Below, one piece after another: positions 12,148 through 24,809 of a stretch of 38,922 nucleotides of DNA. A model generated the notes under the pieces. That model did no database searches. It was not told the origin of the DNA and saw only the letters and a program-made list of their open reading frames with translations. The DNA is from Conidiobolus incongruus B7586 (Eukaryota), in contig JNEM01010498.1 of NCBI GenBank assembly GCA_000697335.1, positions 1-38,922 of the forward strand. The letters are read 5' to 3'. A program made the translations under genes and the position numbers. Each line of letters begins with the position of its first letter. Position 1 is the stretch's first letter.

Positions 12148-13588
12148 CTTGGTCAACTTCAATTTTTACATCACGTTGTAGTTCAGAATAGCTAGTATTG
12201 ATCACGGTAAAAGATGATGGAATTAAATCCTTGTTTAGTGCTAACCATTTCAAAACCGTTGAAAATAAACTCTTATCTACATATATCACTTGCCAATTGA
12301 AATTTTTTGGTATAAATGTCGACCAAAATGAATCTGTCTCGTAATCACCTAAAAATCCGTAATTTACACTTGTGACGTTAGGAAATAGTTTGAATAGAAA
12401 CGCGGTATTGAGAGAATACTTAAAATCAACATAATGATTAAAGGTAAATTCATAACAAGTGACTTTGGGAAACACTCGATTATAATCATCAGAAAAATTA
12501 ATAGAATCCTTCAGAAATCTCCAAGCTCCTAATCTGGTCAATTTTGAAAATGTTGCCGTATTATCGGTGGGCCTAGGTAGTGGCGAGTTCATTTTTAATT
12601 CCCTCAGATTGGGACAATTAAGGCTGATTCTCTCCAATAATATCTTATCAATATTATATAATATTAATATTGATAATTGACTACAGGCATGATTAAATGA
12701 ACTATAAAAGACTTGAGAGTCTGTAAAGGCCCGGATATCAGATGCATAATTATCATCATCAATTCTATTTGGATCATACAATACAGAATAACCAATAGGG
12801 AATTCAAAATGTTTCATTCTCTTCATTGGAATACTAATAAGGAATTGGTCAAACAATAATCCAGAGTGCTCAAACCGATCCCCATCCAATTCAACCCATA
12901 TATGAACATTCAAATACTCCAAATAATTCCAAGATTTTATGACATTGTAAAATGGAGATAAATTTTGTCCTGGAATGGGAAAATTATCATTATGTTGTAG
13001 CTTAAAGTGAGTTATATTTTTAAATTTAGATATGAATTTAATGAAATCTTCCCAGTCTGCAATATAAAAATTTATATCCAATTTCTTAACTTGATCAAAA
13101 AGGTAGGTAGGAATAATTTTAACCATGTTATCATATCGTTCAAACTCAACAAAATCGAAAACAAGCTTTTCTATATTCATCAAATGGTCACTCAATTCAC
13201 TGAAGTTCAAATCATCATTTAACTGAATTGATTTCAATTTGGGAAATAATTGATCAAGTTGATTTCCTTTCAACGTATTAAGAAGAGTAAGATTCAAATG
13301 TATATATTTAATATTAACACAATGCTTCATCAAATTTAAAAAAGCTTGTGGATTAGGATAAAAACAACAGCAAGGTTTCAATTCTTGAGCATACTTCCCA
13401 TATTTTTCAATAATTTCAATATAATTTGATTTCTTCCAAATATGTGGGTTTAAAGTTTTATAAATTTGGGGTAACAAAGCATTATACCAAGGTTTACAAA
13501 CTAATCCCATTTCAACTAAACGATTCGGGGCAATATATTCACCGATTGCTTGGACAAGAGCTGAAGATAGATCTTTCCAGTTATTCAT
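12098..13588 (-). CDS. F-box domain protein with RNI/LRR-like C-terminal region (copy B, intact, 496 aa, intronless)
   Basis: The N-terminus WKDLSSALVQAIGEYI...LVEMGLVCKPWYNALLPQIY fits the F-box pattern (W..LP.E+...I..YL....L....LVCK.W). Repeated FPKL/CPNLREL/FPNVT motifs are typical of F-box-LRR proteins. Confidence 0.8.
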   Translation of the reverse strand: MNNWKDLSSALVQAIGEYIAPNRLVEMGLVCKPWYNALLPQIYKTLNPHIWKKSNYIEIIEKYGKYAQELKPCCCFYPNPQAFLNLMKHCVNIKYIHLNLTLLNTLKGNQLDQLFPKLKSIQLNDDLNFSELSDHLMNIEKLVFDFVEFERYDNMVKIIPTYLFDQVKKLDINFYIADWEDFIKFISKFKNITHFKLQHNDNFPIPGQNLSPFYNVIKSWNYLEYLNVHIWVELDGDRFEHSGLLFDQFLISIPMKRMKHFEFPIGYSVLYDPNRIDDDNYASDIRAFTDSQVFYSSFNHACSQLSILILYNIDKILLERISLNCPNLRELKMNSPLPRPTDNTATFSKLTRLGAWRFLKDSINFSDDYNRVFPKVTCYEFTFNHYVDFKYSLNTAFLFKLFPNVTSVNYGFLGDYETDSFWSTFIPKNFNWQVIYVDKSLFSTVLKWLALNKDLIPSSFTVINTSYSELQRDVKIEVDQVKHLRPDIQFFEWSQY

Positions 13589-15555
13589 TTTGTTGTTTGT
13601 ATGTTGTAGATATTTTTATTATCCAGAACTTCAGTAGTATAAATAGAATTTTAAAAGTTCACATGTAATATGGGATTTTATTTAATCTTTGTGGTATTAG
13701 TAAATGTAACATTATTCTTGAAATTATTCATTGTTTATTTATAATAATTCTCCAGAATTTTATGTTGATTTCAAATTGTGTATAATTGATTAATAATTTG
13801 TTTCTATTTTTTTATGAGGAAAGAATTTGTTCATAATTTGTTTAAATTAAAAAAAAAGATTTTTATTAGTTTAGATGAATATTAATTTTATTATGGGATA
13901 TATATGGTTTGAATAAATCTCGAATTTTAATCATTATCTGATTCAAAGTAGTTTTCAGAACTTAACTCACTGTTATTGAATAAATAGTTTTATGTTCAAA
14001 CCACATATATCAATGAGTACGATTCTTGTTTATCTCAATTTATAATTCAAACATGTTGATGAGTTTGAAAATAAATTTAATAATCAAGAAAATTATCGTT
14101 ATTAGATATGATTCACTAAAAAAATTAACAATTAGTTTAATATAATCAAAATATTATATTGTAAAGTTTCAAATCAATAATTTTAGATTAAGCCATATAT
14201 TTCGATAACGAAAATAGAAATTTTGATATGAACTATATGCAATTTCATGTAATAGTAAGAGTCTATATGGTTATAATTCTAATATTATTAGATATAGCAC
14301 CCAAATTTTTAATACATATTAAAATACTATAAAAATATATGCAATATCAGTTTATATATTAATGTTGGATTTTAAATTCACTAACGCTTATTTAAGTAAT
14401 TTCAATTATCTTCATAATAATAAATATTATGAGCCTCTTTAAAAATCAAATTTTATATAATTTTCTATCCATCATTATCTTTGATGAAAAAACAAAATAA
14501 AAACAAATAATATATTAAAAAATTGCTTTGATATAAAAGGTTAAATATTTTACCATATTTGGCATATTAGCATACAGTCTTTATAATAACCTTGGACATG
14601 GACTATTCAAATTTAAATTTGAAATTCATTTAAATTGAATGAAATGTTTCAAATTCATATATTAGAATGAAATTGATTGTTTTATTAATATTGTGTATTA
14701 TTAATTGTAAATATATACACTGATATATATATGCTTATTAAATGGCATATTCTATAATATTGAGATGATTCACACTCAAAAGAATAAAAATAGGACACAT
14801 CTTAGCTTCCAATTTAGTTTTACGATTAGAATACTGTTATTTAAATAATTATAGTTTCGATGAAGCAAAGGTTATAAGATTAATATTTTTAAATGCTTTG
14901 TTACTGAAGTTTATTAACCAATTTAAATGACTATAATAATTGTAGAATTTCTTAATTTATACCAACTAAGTTAAAAACCTGTAATTCCCCAATGTACTTT
15001 GAAAAATTTTCTGATATTGAACAGATAAGAAAAAAGTTATATATTATATAGTGTTAGATTGTACTTTATTATTATAGTTTAAATAATGAAAATTTTAATT
15101 ATAATTATTATCTTTGGAGAAATTAAAGATATAATTCAGCCATTCATTCATATAATTGGACTTTTGAAAAAAATTAATCATTTTTAGGTCGATTTATTTC
15201 ATATTTTAATATAGGCCTTTATTTATATTATCTTACTCAGATTAACTGCGTAATATATTATTAATTTAATGTTAAAATTAAAAATTATTTAATCAAGTAT
15301 AATGGAGAATCATATAAAAAATTAAAGATTCACTGTATAATAATATGAACTTTAATTTCGTTGTTAAGTATCAAACGTGAATAATAGACTTTAGAATTTT
15401 CAATCAGTATTTTTAATAAATATAAAAAAACTCATATTCATTAAAAATATCTCTTTTCATGTTATAACAACATATTAATTCGCGCTAATTTCCTGGTTTT
15501 TCGAAAAAATTATTATTTAAAGTAAATTTTAAATGGTAAGAAAATAAACGAAAAA

Positions 15556-15567
15556 AATCACATGATT
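15556..15567 (+). promoter_or_regulatory. AATCACATGATT near-palindromic E-box upstream of the TATA of S28 gene 1
   Basis: The same 12-mer occurs at 20939-20950 before S28 gene 2. It is followed ~12 bp later by TATATAAAA; ATG at 15627. Confidence 0.55.
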
Positions 15568-15626
15568 ATATTTTGGATTATATAAAAATCAATTAAATTC
15601 AACTTTTATATTATATTTGATTAAAG

Positions 15627-17033
15627 ATGCTATTTAATTATTTTTTCTACTTATTACTAGCTGATGCTAGTATCTTGAAATTTTTACCAATTGAATCCAA
15701 ATCAGGCTTCAATTCATTCTCTGAAGTAAATCGTTCTCAGGTTTCCAGATTACATAATTTATGGTTTAATCAGCCCATTGATCATGATAATAGACATAGT
15801 AGAACATTCAAACAGAAGTATTATGTCAATACAAAATTTTACAAACCTGGCGGCCCAGCTTTTCTTTATATAGGAGGTGAAAATGATTTGCGTGATAATT
15901 TTATATCAGAAGGGATTATTTATGATATGGCTAAAGACAACAATGGAATTATTTACGCTTTAGAACATCGATACTATGGTGATAGTCTACCATATAAAAA
16001 TTTAACTACTGACAATTTAAAATATTTAACCACTTTTAATGCTATTCAAGATGCCGCAAATTTTATGACAAAAGTTATCAATCCTTTAACCAATAAAACT
16101 TTGGTAAATACTAGATGGATCACTGTTGGTGGAAGTTATTCTGGGATACTTTCAGCTTTAATGCGTTCTGAATATCCTGAAATGGTGTTTGCCGCTTTGG
16201 CTTCTTCTGCTCCTGCTATGGCGAAACAAGATTTCTTCAATTATGATCAACATATTCGTTCTGCATTGAGTGAACAATGTTATAACCACGTTGAGCAAGT
16301 AAAGAATTATATTGATCACCAATTTTATAAATGTGGTACTCGTTCAAAAATTAAGAAAGATTTTGAATGTACTAACATTAAGAATGACACTCATTTTCTC
16401 TACAACATATATGATATATTGGCTTATATTGTTCAATACAACTCTCCTTATTCCAATCCTACTATTCAATCATTTTGTACTGGCTTTAATTCACTTACTA
16501 AGATTAAACAAAAATATGAATACTTTGTGTCTCAAATCAAGTTGACCTTAGCCATAAAAGACCAAACCTGTTACGATTTCTCTGGCCTTGAATCCCTTAG
16601 ATCTTTAGATAATAGATATGGATATTTTCGACAATGGACATACCAAATGTGTACAGAGTATGGATGGTGGCAGACAGCTCCCAAAGGCAAATCCACACGC
16701 TCCAAATATCTGACTGTTGATTGGTTTAACAAGTACTTTTGCGGTGCCGAGTTCTTTGGCAAGCCTATTGGACCCCCTAACACGAAATCTATTAACCACA
16801 GATTAAAGATTTTACAAAAAGTATCCAAGATTATTTGGGTCAATGGAGAATCTGATCCTTGGTCAATTCTCTCTATTTCAAATACTGCTCACTCTGCTCC
16901 TAATAGACCTATATATATCATTGAGAATGGATCTCATTGCCAAGATTTATCTTCTCTCTCATCTGATAATATCTCTCTGGTTGAAACAAAAATTGCAATT
17001 AGAAAGGATATTGCTAGATGGTTGGAGGAATAA
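15627..17033 (+). CDS. Secreted serine peptidase, family S28 (prolylcarboxypeptidase/TSSP-like), copy 1
   Basis: Hydrophobic signal-like N-terminus; motifs QPIDH, F.QKYYVN, GGE, LEHRYYG.S.P, nucleophile GGSYSG, ASSAP, RQWTYQMCTEYGW, NGESDPW (Asp) and GSHCQDL (His). Confidence 0.93.
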   Translation: MLFNYFFYLLLADASILKFLPIESKSGFNSFSEVNRSQVSRLHNLWFNQPIDHDNRHSRTFKQKYYVNTKFYKPGGPAFLYIGGENDLRDNFISEGIIYDMAKDNNGIIYALEHRYYGDSLPYKNLTTDNLKYLTTFNAIQDAANFMTKVINPLTNKTLVNTRWITVGGSYSGILSALMRSEYPEMVFAALASSAPAMAKQDFFNYDQHIRSALSEQCYNHVEQVKNYIDHQFYKCGTRSKIKKDFECTNIKNDTHFLYNIYDILAYIVQYNSPYSNPTIQSFCTGFNSLTKIKQKYEYFVSQIKLTLAIKDQTCYDFSGLESLRSLDNRYGYFRQWTYQMCTEYGWWQTAPKGKSTRSKYLTVDWFNKYFCGAEFFGKPIGPPNTKSINHRLKILQKVSKIIWVNGESDPWSILSISNTAHSAPNRPIYIIENGSHCQDLSSLSSDNISLVETKIAIRKDIARWLEE

Positions 17034-20000
17034 TCAATTAATTATTACTTTCAATTTAAGAAATTAATGTTCAAACTTAATACTTGAATAATTTGAAATA
17101 CTTAATATATTTGGATATTTCAATGATAAATTTAAATAATTTTTACGTTAATGTAATATTATTTCTAAACATCATTCAATATATATTCTTTTATTGATTT
17201 TTATATTGATTACCTTGATTCTCTTTTATATCTAAAACCGATCGCTTTTAAATCAAACATATTCAGTAATCTTCTATTATTGATTAAATTTCAATCACAG
17301 TGTACTTTTACTGGTATTAATATACTAACCTTAAAGATATCAAAATATTATTACTTAATAATAAGTTTGATTCTTTGCAATCTATATTTTACATACCAAT
17401 TTAAGCAATATCTTCTATTTTTATTAGTACAGCCCTCGTTATACTGTATGCATAAAATAAATCATTTAAATTTTCACACTGTAAATGTATACTGTTCATT
17501 TTGTTATTTTATGGAATATTATACTACTATAATTTGAATAAGTTAGTTATTAAAATCTTTGTATTGACTAATCAATATTATAATATAAAGTATTGAGATA
17601 CTCTATTGGATTACATATTTATCCAAAATATAATTTTATTAATTTGGTGAATCTTTTGATCTATCAGTTGTATATATAGATGAATGAATATAAATTGGTA
17701 TAATACATAAACTATAAAATCGATAATTTTTCTGTTACGAAAAGCGATAAAAATTATATTAAAATTCTTAATTATAAAATTTATCAAATTAAATTGTTAA
17801 ATATCATTTCAAATATTATCTTGCCCTTTGTTAAGACTATATTTGATATAGAATTTAATTAAATATATTATTTCTTATTATAAAATATTATAGTTCAATA
17901 TAGAAATAGATTAAAGTAACAATTATCTAAAAACTATGCTTCCTGCAATATAGAAAATTTAAGCGATGATTACGAATAATATCATTTTATAATTATAAGT
18001 ATGAATTTCAATATTAGTAAAAAATGCCTTTTATTATATCAAATATATAAGGTGGTATCATATAATAATAACCATCATTTTTTGTAGTTTATAAAAATTA
18101 AGCTTATAAATCAAAATGATGGCAAATATAAGAAATGGTATAGATTTAACAAAAAATATAGTAATTTCAACTTCCTTTTACAACCAATATTTTCTCTGAT
18201 GTCAATATTCAAAAATAATAGATGGTAGGAATTTATATTTGAACCATTATTCTTATATTGTATAGGAGGGTTTACAGTTATATAATTCAAAAGTATTTAG
18301 TGTTTCTTCAAACTGATTCCTGCTGTCAAATTCACATGATTTTATATTTCTACATGTAATATATATTTTGAATTAAATTTTCGTTTTCAATCTGATTTTA
18401 TAAATTTTGAAATGTTGAATTACACAATTTTCCGCTATATTAATAACATTCAAGTTTGTGATTTTCTAGAGGATGTAATATTAATATTGATTTTTGTTAT
18501 TTTTATATTTGAATAATTATTGAAAGAGATACCTATTAAAATATCGTACATTAAATAGAAATATGTTTAATAGTATTAAAAAAAGCTCACTTTATTAAAC
18601 AGCTCCTCGTAACTAAATTATTTTTAAGATAACCAATCAAATTGATAAATTACATTTGGATAATATTATTAATAACAAATACCTGGTAAAATAAGTTTAA
18701 CTATAAAATACAGTATTTTTTAATTGAGCCCACTCAAATCTAGATCTCTTCAAATATTTTGATAAATTAAAATTTTTTTATCAATATTGAAATCTATAAC
18801 TATTTTCTCAGATTTTGTGATAATTGTTTAAAATCATTACTTTATTTGTTAAGTTTCTATGTAAGATAATAATTGACCGACATGATTTAAATAAATGTTA
18901 GTTAATCAATTATACATCTACAGGTTTAAATTATTAATAACAAATTGAATAACATACAAACAATTTCTATTTAAATATATTAATGCCACTATGAATATCT
19001 ATGTGCAAGTTCTTTAGATAAATCATAATTTGAATGATGTGAGATCAATTATATCAGCAACATTAGCAAAACAAATATACAATTATCAAATTATTTTCAT
19101 TAGCGGCCATGTTTACACAATCTAAGCGTATAAAAATGCACCTTGTGTTACAAACTACTATTTCATTAAGAATCTCATTAATTCTGTAAAGATTCCAAAA
19201 CATTAATTAGATAATTGCTATTAATATTTTAAATGTAAATTAATGATAATTTAATTGGTAATAATCCGAATATACATGTTAAAATAAATTAAAAAATATT
19301 AGCTGTTAATTTCTTTATATAATACTTTCATTCTCATTCTTCAATTAATATAGATCCTATCATTATAACATATATTTTTAATACATAAGCTGTGTACTGA
19401 ACTTGTTAAAGAATTTCAGTATTATTAAAATACTAACAAATATAGACTTAAGTTTATCATTTTAAAATTAATAATCCATTAACTTATATTTGATTAACAA
19501 ATTAACCTTGAATCAAACATATTCAATATATCTGAATAAGCAATATTAAAACATATATTTTTTCAATATTGAATTCCATTTTTTTTCTTTATTAGTTAAT
19601 TATAAATATACAATAAATGAAGACTATTTAAATCCAATTATTATATACTATTAATTATTGAATCTTGAAAATATCTCATTTCATAGAGTTGAAATTTAAA
19701 TGGTTTTTTAATGATCTAATGTATTTTATAGTAATACAAGAATATGTTAAAAATTAGTTATACTCTATTTAAATCGTGATGAATTATAACATATCAAAGA
19801 AATATATCAACCATTAAAATAGGTATAATATATTGGAAAAATGATATATTTCAATTAAACAATAGCATTTTAACAATATTTTAATTATTTAAATTCAATT
19901 TTAATCAAACCAAAACCTGTTTAACAAAGAGAACCTTAATTGTGGGTAAAATATTGTTTTCGTCAATTAATAAAACAATCATACCATTGAGCTATGAATG

Positions 20001-20936
20001 AAGAAAAAGATGTGAATGATTTATATTATATCATATTCCTTTTATTAAATTATATATTGAATAAAAATGGTTAATTTGTTTTGAGTTAATTTTGAATGAT
20101 TAGTATGTTTATATGTTTACAATTCTTGAGACCTAAATTCGCAAATTTAATTTAACTGTTAGTATATATTTCGGAATAATTTGGTTATCCACTAAGTTTT
20201 AATTCACAACTTTGCAAAACATATTTTTACCTATTAAAAATTGAATTGAATATAAATTTTCAATATTTGAATATGCGGTTGAATATTAACTGGTAAAAAT
20301 CATCAAGACTAACATAATTTATTCAATATCTAGTCTTAATGCTTTATATATTATCAACAATATATTTACTTTATTTTGACAAGAATCAAATTGATTTTAT
20401 TCCTTTTTTAGTACATAAATCAACTTACAGCAAAATTTGTAGAATTTGAACTTTTCAGACATAATAAACATATTGAAATTTTCAAACTATTTAAATACAG
20501 TAAAAATTTGTAATTATTGTTAAATATTAACCATTTCAATGATCACATTATTTAGTGGGAAAAAATAATAATGATCTATTATGACATATCATTCGAATTG
20601 TAAACAACATAGATATCCAATGGTCACAATTTGTATAACCCATTTGACTACGTCACAATTAAATCCCTAAGATTAAAAAATTCAAATTTGGCAGAATATA
20701 TTTAAATAATGGGACCATTATATATCATCTATTAGAGATTAATGAATTAAATAAATTAAACCACTTTAACAATGAGTTGAAAATAATTTATGGATAAAAA
20801 CTGAGCCGAAAGTAATATTGGTTACACTAAGTAATTTAATGGATATGAATTAATTTTAAATTCACATTTGGAAGAATTTTCTGGTTTTGGTTATAAGTTA
20901 TCAATGTTATATATCCGAATGACCACCAAAATCTAA

Positions 20937-20952
20937 TTAATCACATGATTAA
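20937..20952 (+). promoter_or_regulatory. TTAATCACATGATTAA near-perfect palindrome (E-box core CACATG) upstream of S28 gene 2
   Basis: Conserved with the gene 1 promoter; TTTATAAG follows ~12 bp downstream; ATG at 21022. Confidence 0.55.
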
Positions 20953-21021
20953 GTGCAGATAGCTTTATAAGAATTGATTCTAACAATTGTATTCTCTTTA
21001 TCATACAACCATTCTTTGAGG

Positions 21022-22434
21022 ATGCTATTTAATTATTCATTCTATTTACTACTAGCTAGTGCTAGTCTTTTACAAGTCCCTAGAACTCAACCCACTCTCA
21101 ATGATGCTTCAGTTCCTGAAGCCGTTGCCGCTCCAGTCTCCAGTGTCCAAACCTTATGGTTCGATCAAGCTCTTGACCATGATGACAGCAAAGCTGGTAC
21201 TTACAAGCAAAGATACTATGTGAACACCGAATTCTACAAACCCGGAGGTCCAGCTTTCCTCTATGTTGGGGGTGAAGGTGAATTAAGAAACTCTAGTGTA
21301 TCTCGCGGTATTATCTACGAAATGGCCAAAGAACACAATGGTATTTTGTATGGTTTAGAACATCGCTACTATGGCAAAAGTCAACCTTTTAAGAATTTGA
21401 CCGCTGATAATTTAAGATTCTTGACCAGTCTTAATGGTGTCAAGGATGCTGGCAATTTCATTAAGAACGTCATCAATCCTTTGACCAACAAAACTTTAAC
21501 CAACACCAGATGGATTACTGTTGGTGGAAGTTACCCTGGATCTCTCTCTGCTTGGATCCGTTCTGAATATCCCGATACTGTTTTCGCTGCTTTGGCTTCT
21601 TCTGCTCCTGTCTTGGCTAAGGAAGATTTCTTCGAATATGATCAAGTTGTTGCTTCTGCTTTGGGTGAACAATGTTTCAATAACGTTGAACAAGTTAAGA
21701 ATTATATTGATAACCAATTCCGCAAATGCGGTGCTCGTTCCAAATTGAAGGAAGCTTTCGGCTGTACTGATGTCAAGAATGACACACTCTTCCTTTATAC
21801 TATCTATGATATGTTGGCTGCTATTGTCCAATACAACTCTCCCACTGCCAAACCCAACATTGAATCTTTGTGTGGCGGTTTTGCTAATTTGACCACTGTT
21901 GAACAAAAATTCGAATACTTTGCTTCTCAGTTGAAATTCTACTTGTCTAATAACAAACAAACCTGTTACGATTTCACTAATCTTGATTCCCTCACTTCCT
22001 TGGACAGCAGTGCTGGTATTTTCCGTCAATGGACCTACCAATGTTGTACAGAATATGGATACTGGCAAACTGCTCCTAAGGGTAAATCCACTCGTTCAAA
22101 ATATCTCACTGTCGATTGGTTCAACAAGTTCTTCTGCAGTGCTGACATCTATGGTAAGCCCATTGGTCCTCCTAACACCAAGTACATCAATGATCGCTTC
22201 AAGGCTTTGAACAACAAGACTCCCAGAATCATTTGGGTCAATGGTGATGCTGATCCTTGGGTTGCTCTCTCTGTCAAAGATACTGAGAATTCCACTCCTG
22301 ACAGACCCATTTACATTATTAAGAAGGGATCTCACGCTCAAGACTTGGGTGTTGACAGACCTACTGACTCTGCTTCTTTAACCGAAACTAGAAAGGCTAT
22401 CAGAGCTGATATTGCTAGATGGTTAAAACAATAA
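21022..22434 (+). CDS. Secreted serine peptidase S28, copy 2 (470 aa)
   Basis: The true start is the ATG at 21022 (MLFNYSFYLLLASAS, matching gene 1 MLFNYFFYLLLADAS), not the TTG at 20974 used by the ORF track. Motifs GGSYPG, NGDADPW and GSHAQDL. Strong bias towards C/T-ending codons. Confidence 0.93.
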   Translation: MLFNYSFYLLLASASLLQVPRTQPTLNDASVPEAVAAPVSSVQTLWFDQALDHDDSKAGTYKQRYYVNTEFYKPGGPAFLYVGGEGELRNSSVSRGIIYEMAKEHNGILYGLEHRYYGKSQPFKNLTADNLRFLTSLNGVKDAGNFIKNVINPLTNKTLTNTRWITVGGSYPGSLSAWIRSEYPDTVFAALASSAPVLAKEDFFEYDQVVASALGEQCFNNVEQVKNYIDNQFRKCGARSKLKEAFGCTDVKNDTLFLYTIYDMLAAIVQYNSPTAKPNIESLCGGFANLTTVEQKFEYFASQLKFYLSNNKQTCYDFTNLDSLTSLDSSAGIFRQWTYQCCTEYGYWQTAPKGKSTRSKYLTVDWFNKFFCSADIYGKPIGPPNTKYINDRFKALNNKTPRIIWVNGDADPWVALSVKDTENSTPDRPIYIIKKGSHAQDLGVDRPTDSASLTETRKAIRADIARWLKQ

Positions 22435-24365
22435 TTATTTAATTAATATTAATCCACAAAATAAAATTTTATTTTAATTAAGCTTTATTTGCCATATATT
22501 ATTCTATTGTTGATATCTATATTTTAAATTAAGATCTAATTTATAATTTTAATATATTTTTCTACTGAACAAAGCCTTCATCTAATCATTCACTCAATCT
22601 GAAGTGTCATCACTATCAGACACTTAATTATTTTCAATATATCGGACTTTATACATTATCATATGAATTATCAGTTATCATTAAATCCCTATATCTAACT
22701 ATTATAGATATTGATTAACTGGTCTGTGAACATGGCAAGAGATACACAGAGATGTAAAATATTAATAAACACGATAGAATTCATTCAGGTTATATCATTT
22801 ATTTCCATTATATTTGTTATTTATTTCTATTACTGATTTATGTGCATCAGATTACACAATGTTATTAATATTGAAATTTATCAAATCAAGATTTCTATAT
22901 AATTTAAAAATAGTCAATATATTAAAAATTGATAAAATTGATTCAAACTTGTTAAATTTTTTATTAAATAGATACTAATAATTAGTTTATTAATTGTGTT
23001 CAGAATTAGTAATATCTTATTGATGATAAGATGAATTTACAGAAATAATAATATTTATTTTTTTATCAAATATGAAAACAATCTATTATTATAAAATCAA
23101 TGGTATTTATTTGGATTGCGTTAATTAAACTAATAATTCAATACATTGTTCTCACTGCTGTATGATAATCAATAACTCAATTAAGGAGATAGTTTTCAAT
23201 TCATTATTTGTCAATATTTGAATGATTATATTAAAATAAAGGTTTTAAAATTAGTCTTTCCCTAACATATAAATATATTTAAGGAAATTGAGTTAATTAA
23301 TTATACCATTTCCTATTTTAATTTTATAGATTTTTAATATTCTCAACTTATATGATTTTTCAAATAGTTGAAAGTTTATGACAGAATACTTAATCAACCT
23401 TTATTTTTTGACAAAATCTTAAAGATGATTTTAATTGAATATTAACTGAATTAGAAATCCGTAAAGGTTATATTTCATAATTAATTAGATCAAATACAAA
23501 TATAGATATATGTCCCAATTTATTTATCTTGAAAAGTTGATTTATTGAATAAAAAATTGTAAAATAATTTTGTGAATAAAGTAAATGAGTTGTGAAAATT
23601 ACAATATTTTGCTATGATTGTGTACCTACATCTCGATTGTATATTAAAACCATGTTAATATTTCTACATTGCTGAAATTCATTACATTTCTGTCAATATA
23701 GCACTTTATATTTAATAAAACTATATTGAGACTTGTAATAAAATCCCGATGCTAATTATAAAGGATTAGATGACTCATATAATTATCTATAATGTATTTG
23801 AATCTATAATCTTAAACTATATTTATTTTAATTATGAATAATTTTCTATTCCTTTATTATCATTGGAATGATTTACAATATAAACGCTCTAATTTTTTGG
23901 CAAAAATTGATAATTGACTTCATTGAACTTGAAAACATAATGGACTAGACAATAGTTTCGATTATGATAAGGAAAATGAAATTTGAAATGATATTTCATT
24001 ATAGTGTTATTTTCACTATGATATATTTTATATTATAAATATACATTTCACTAATAGTTTGTTAATATCAATATTCTAACCATATTAAAGTACACTAATA
24101 TTATTCAATCTTTAGATTTTTCAAATAAAGCATATATTTTAATTTTGTTAATATTTTGTGACTTGTGATTTGACAATAATAATATAGAGTTTTAATGTTA
24201 TTAGAATATATATTATTATCATATTTATAATGTTATTTATCAGACATAATGGTTAATATTTTCATTTATAAAATAATAAAAAATTTATCATTATTCAAAT
24301 AAACACCAAATTATTTAAGTTTTATTGAACTTCAAAAATGTAGAATAGCTTGCAAATTATACACT

Positions 24366-24809
24366 TGATGGGAAATGATCTTGTCAATCACTCAAGAAAC
24401 TGCGATTACCACACTGAATCGAGAAGTCACATTGGGAACACTCATTTCGTGAACCGGATGGTTGTGTTCTTTTTGTCACTCAGCCATTCCTATCCATAAA
24501 AATCAACAATGAAAGCTAATATAAAATTATCATGAACGAACTAATAAACGTATCTCTTCTATCTTCATTTCGAAAGTATCTAGTCTCTAAATTTTTCTCG
24601 TAACCCTCACAAAAGCGTTGAGCCGTGACGAGCGTGAGATAATTACTTTACACAAAGAACCCAATTTACAGTAAGCCGTTTGTACCTGATTTGGTGAACC
24701 CCATCAATTTTCCGTAACTCTGTGGTAATCTGTCGTTTACAGCTGGCGATTCCCCGCTTAAGCTCTAAAAGTCTAATTCCTTCCACGATTACAGTTGTCA
24801 CACTCATCA
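24366..24809 (+). mobile_element. GC-rich insertion, probable solo LTR or MITE-like element (alternatively an ncRNA)
   Basis: CpG-containing island in AT-rich spacer, bounded by TGATG (24366) and CATCA (24809). Internal TATAAAA (24520) then AATAAA (24543). No clean TSD (flanks ACACT / AATGT), so the boundaries are uncertain. Confidence 0.45.

Noticed and set aside
17280..17537. Short AT-rich ORFs (also 35473-35655 and 37483-37716)
   Set aside because: Low-complexity I/L/N/F/Y composition, non-ATG starts and no motifs; expected by chance.
20974..21021. 16-aa N-terminal extension of S28 copy 2 in the ORF track
   Set aside because: It starts at TTG just after the TATA-like box; paralog alignment supports the ATG at 21022.
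21496..22341. Antisense and alternative-frame ORFs (190, 81 and 75 aa) in S28 copy 2, and similar ones in S28 copy 1, F-box B, the EH gene and CWC2
   Set aside because: These are shadows of biased codon usage in real genes and have no recognisable motifs.
24598..24612. Telomerase RNA template
   Set aside because: Only 7 nt (TAACCCT) match, short of the ~1.5 repeats expected, and no other supporting elements were identified.
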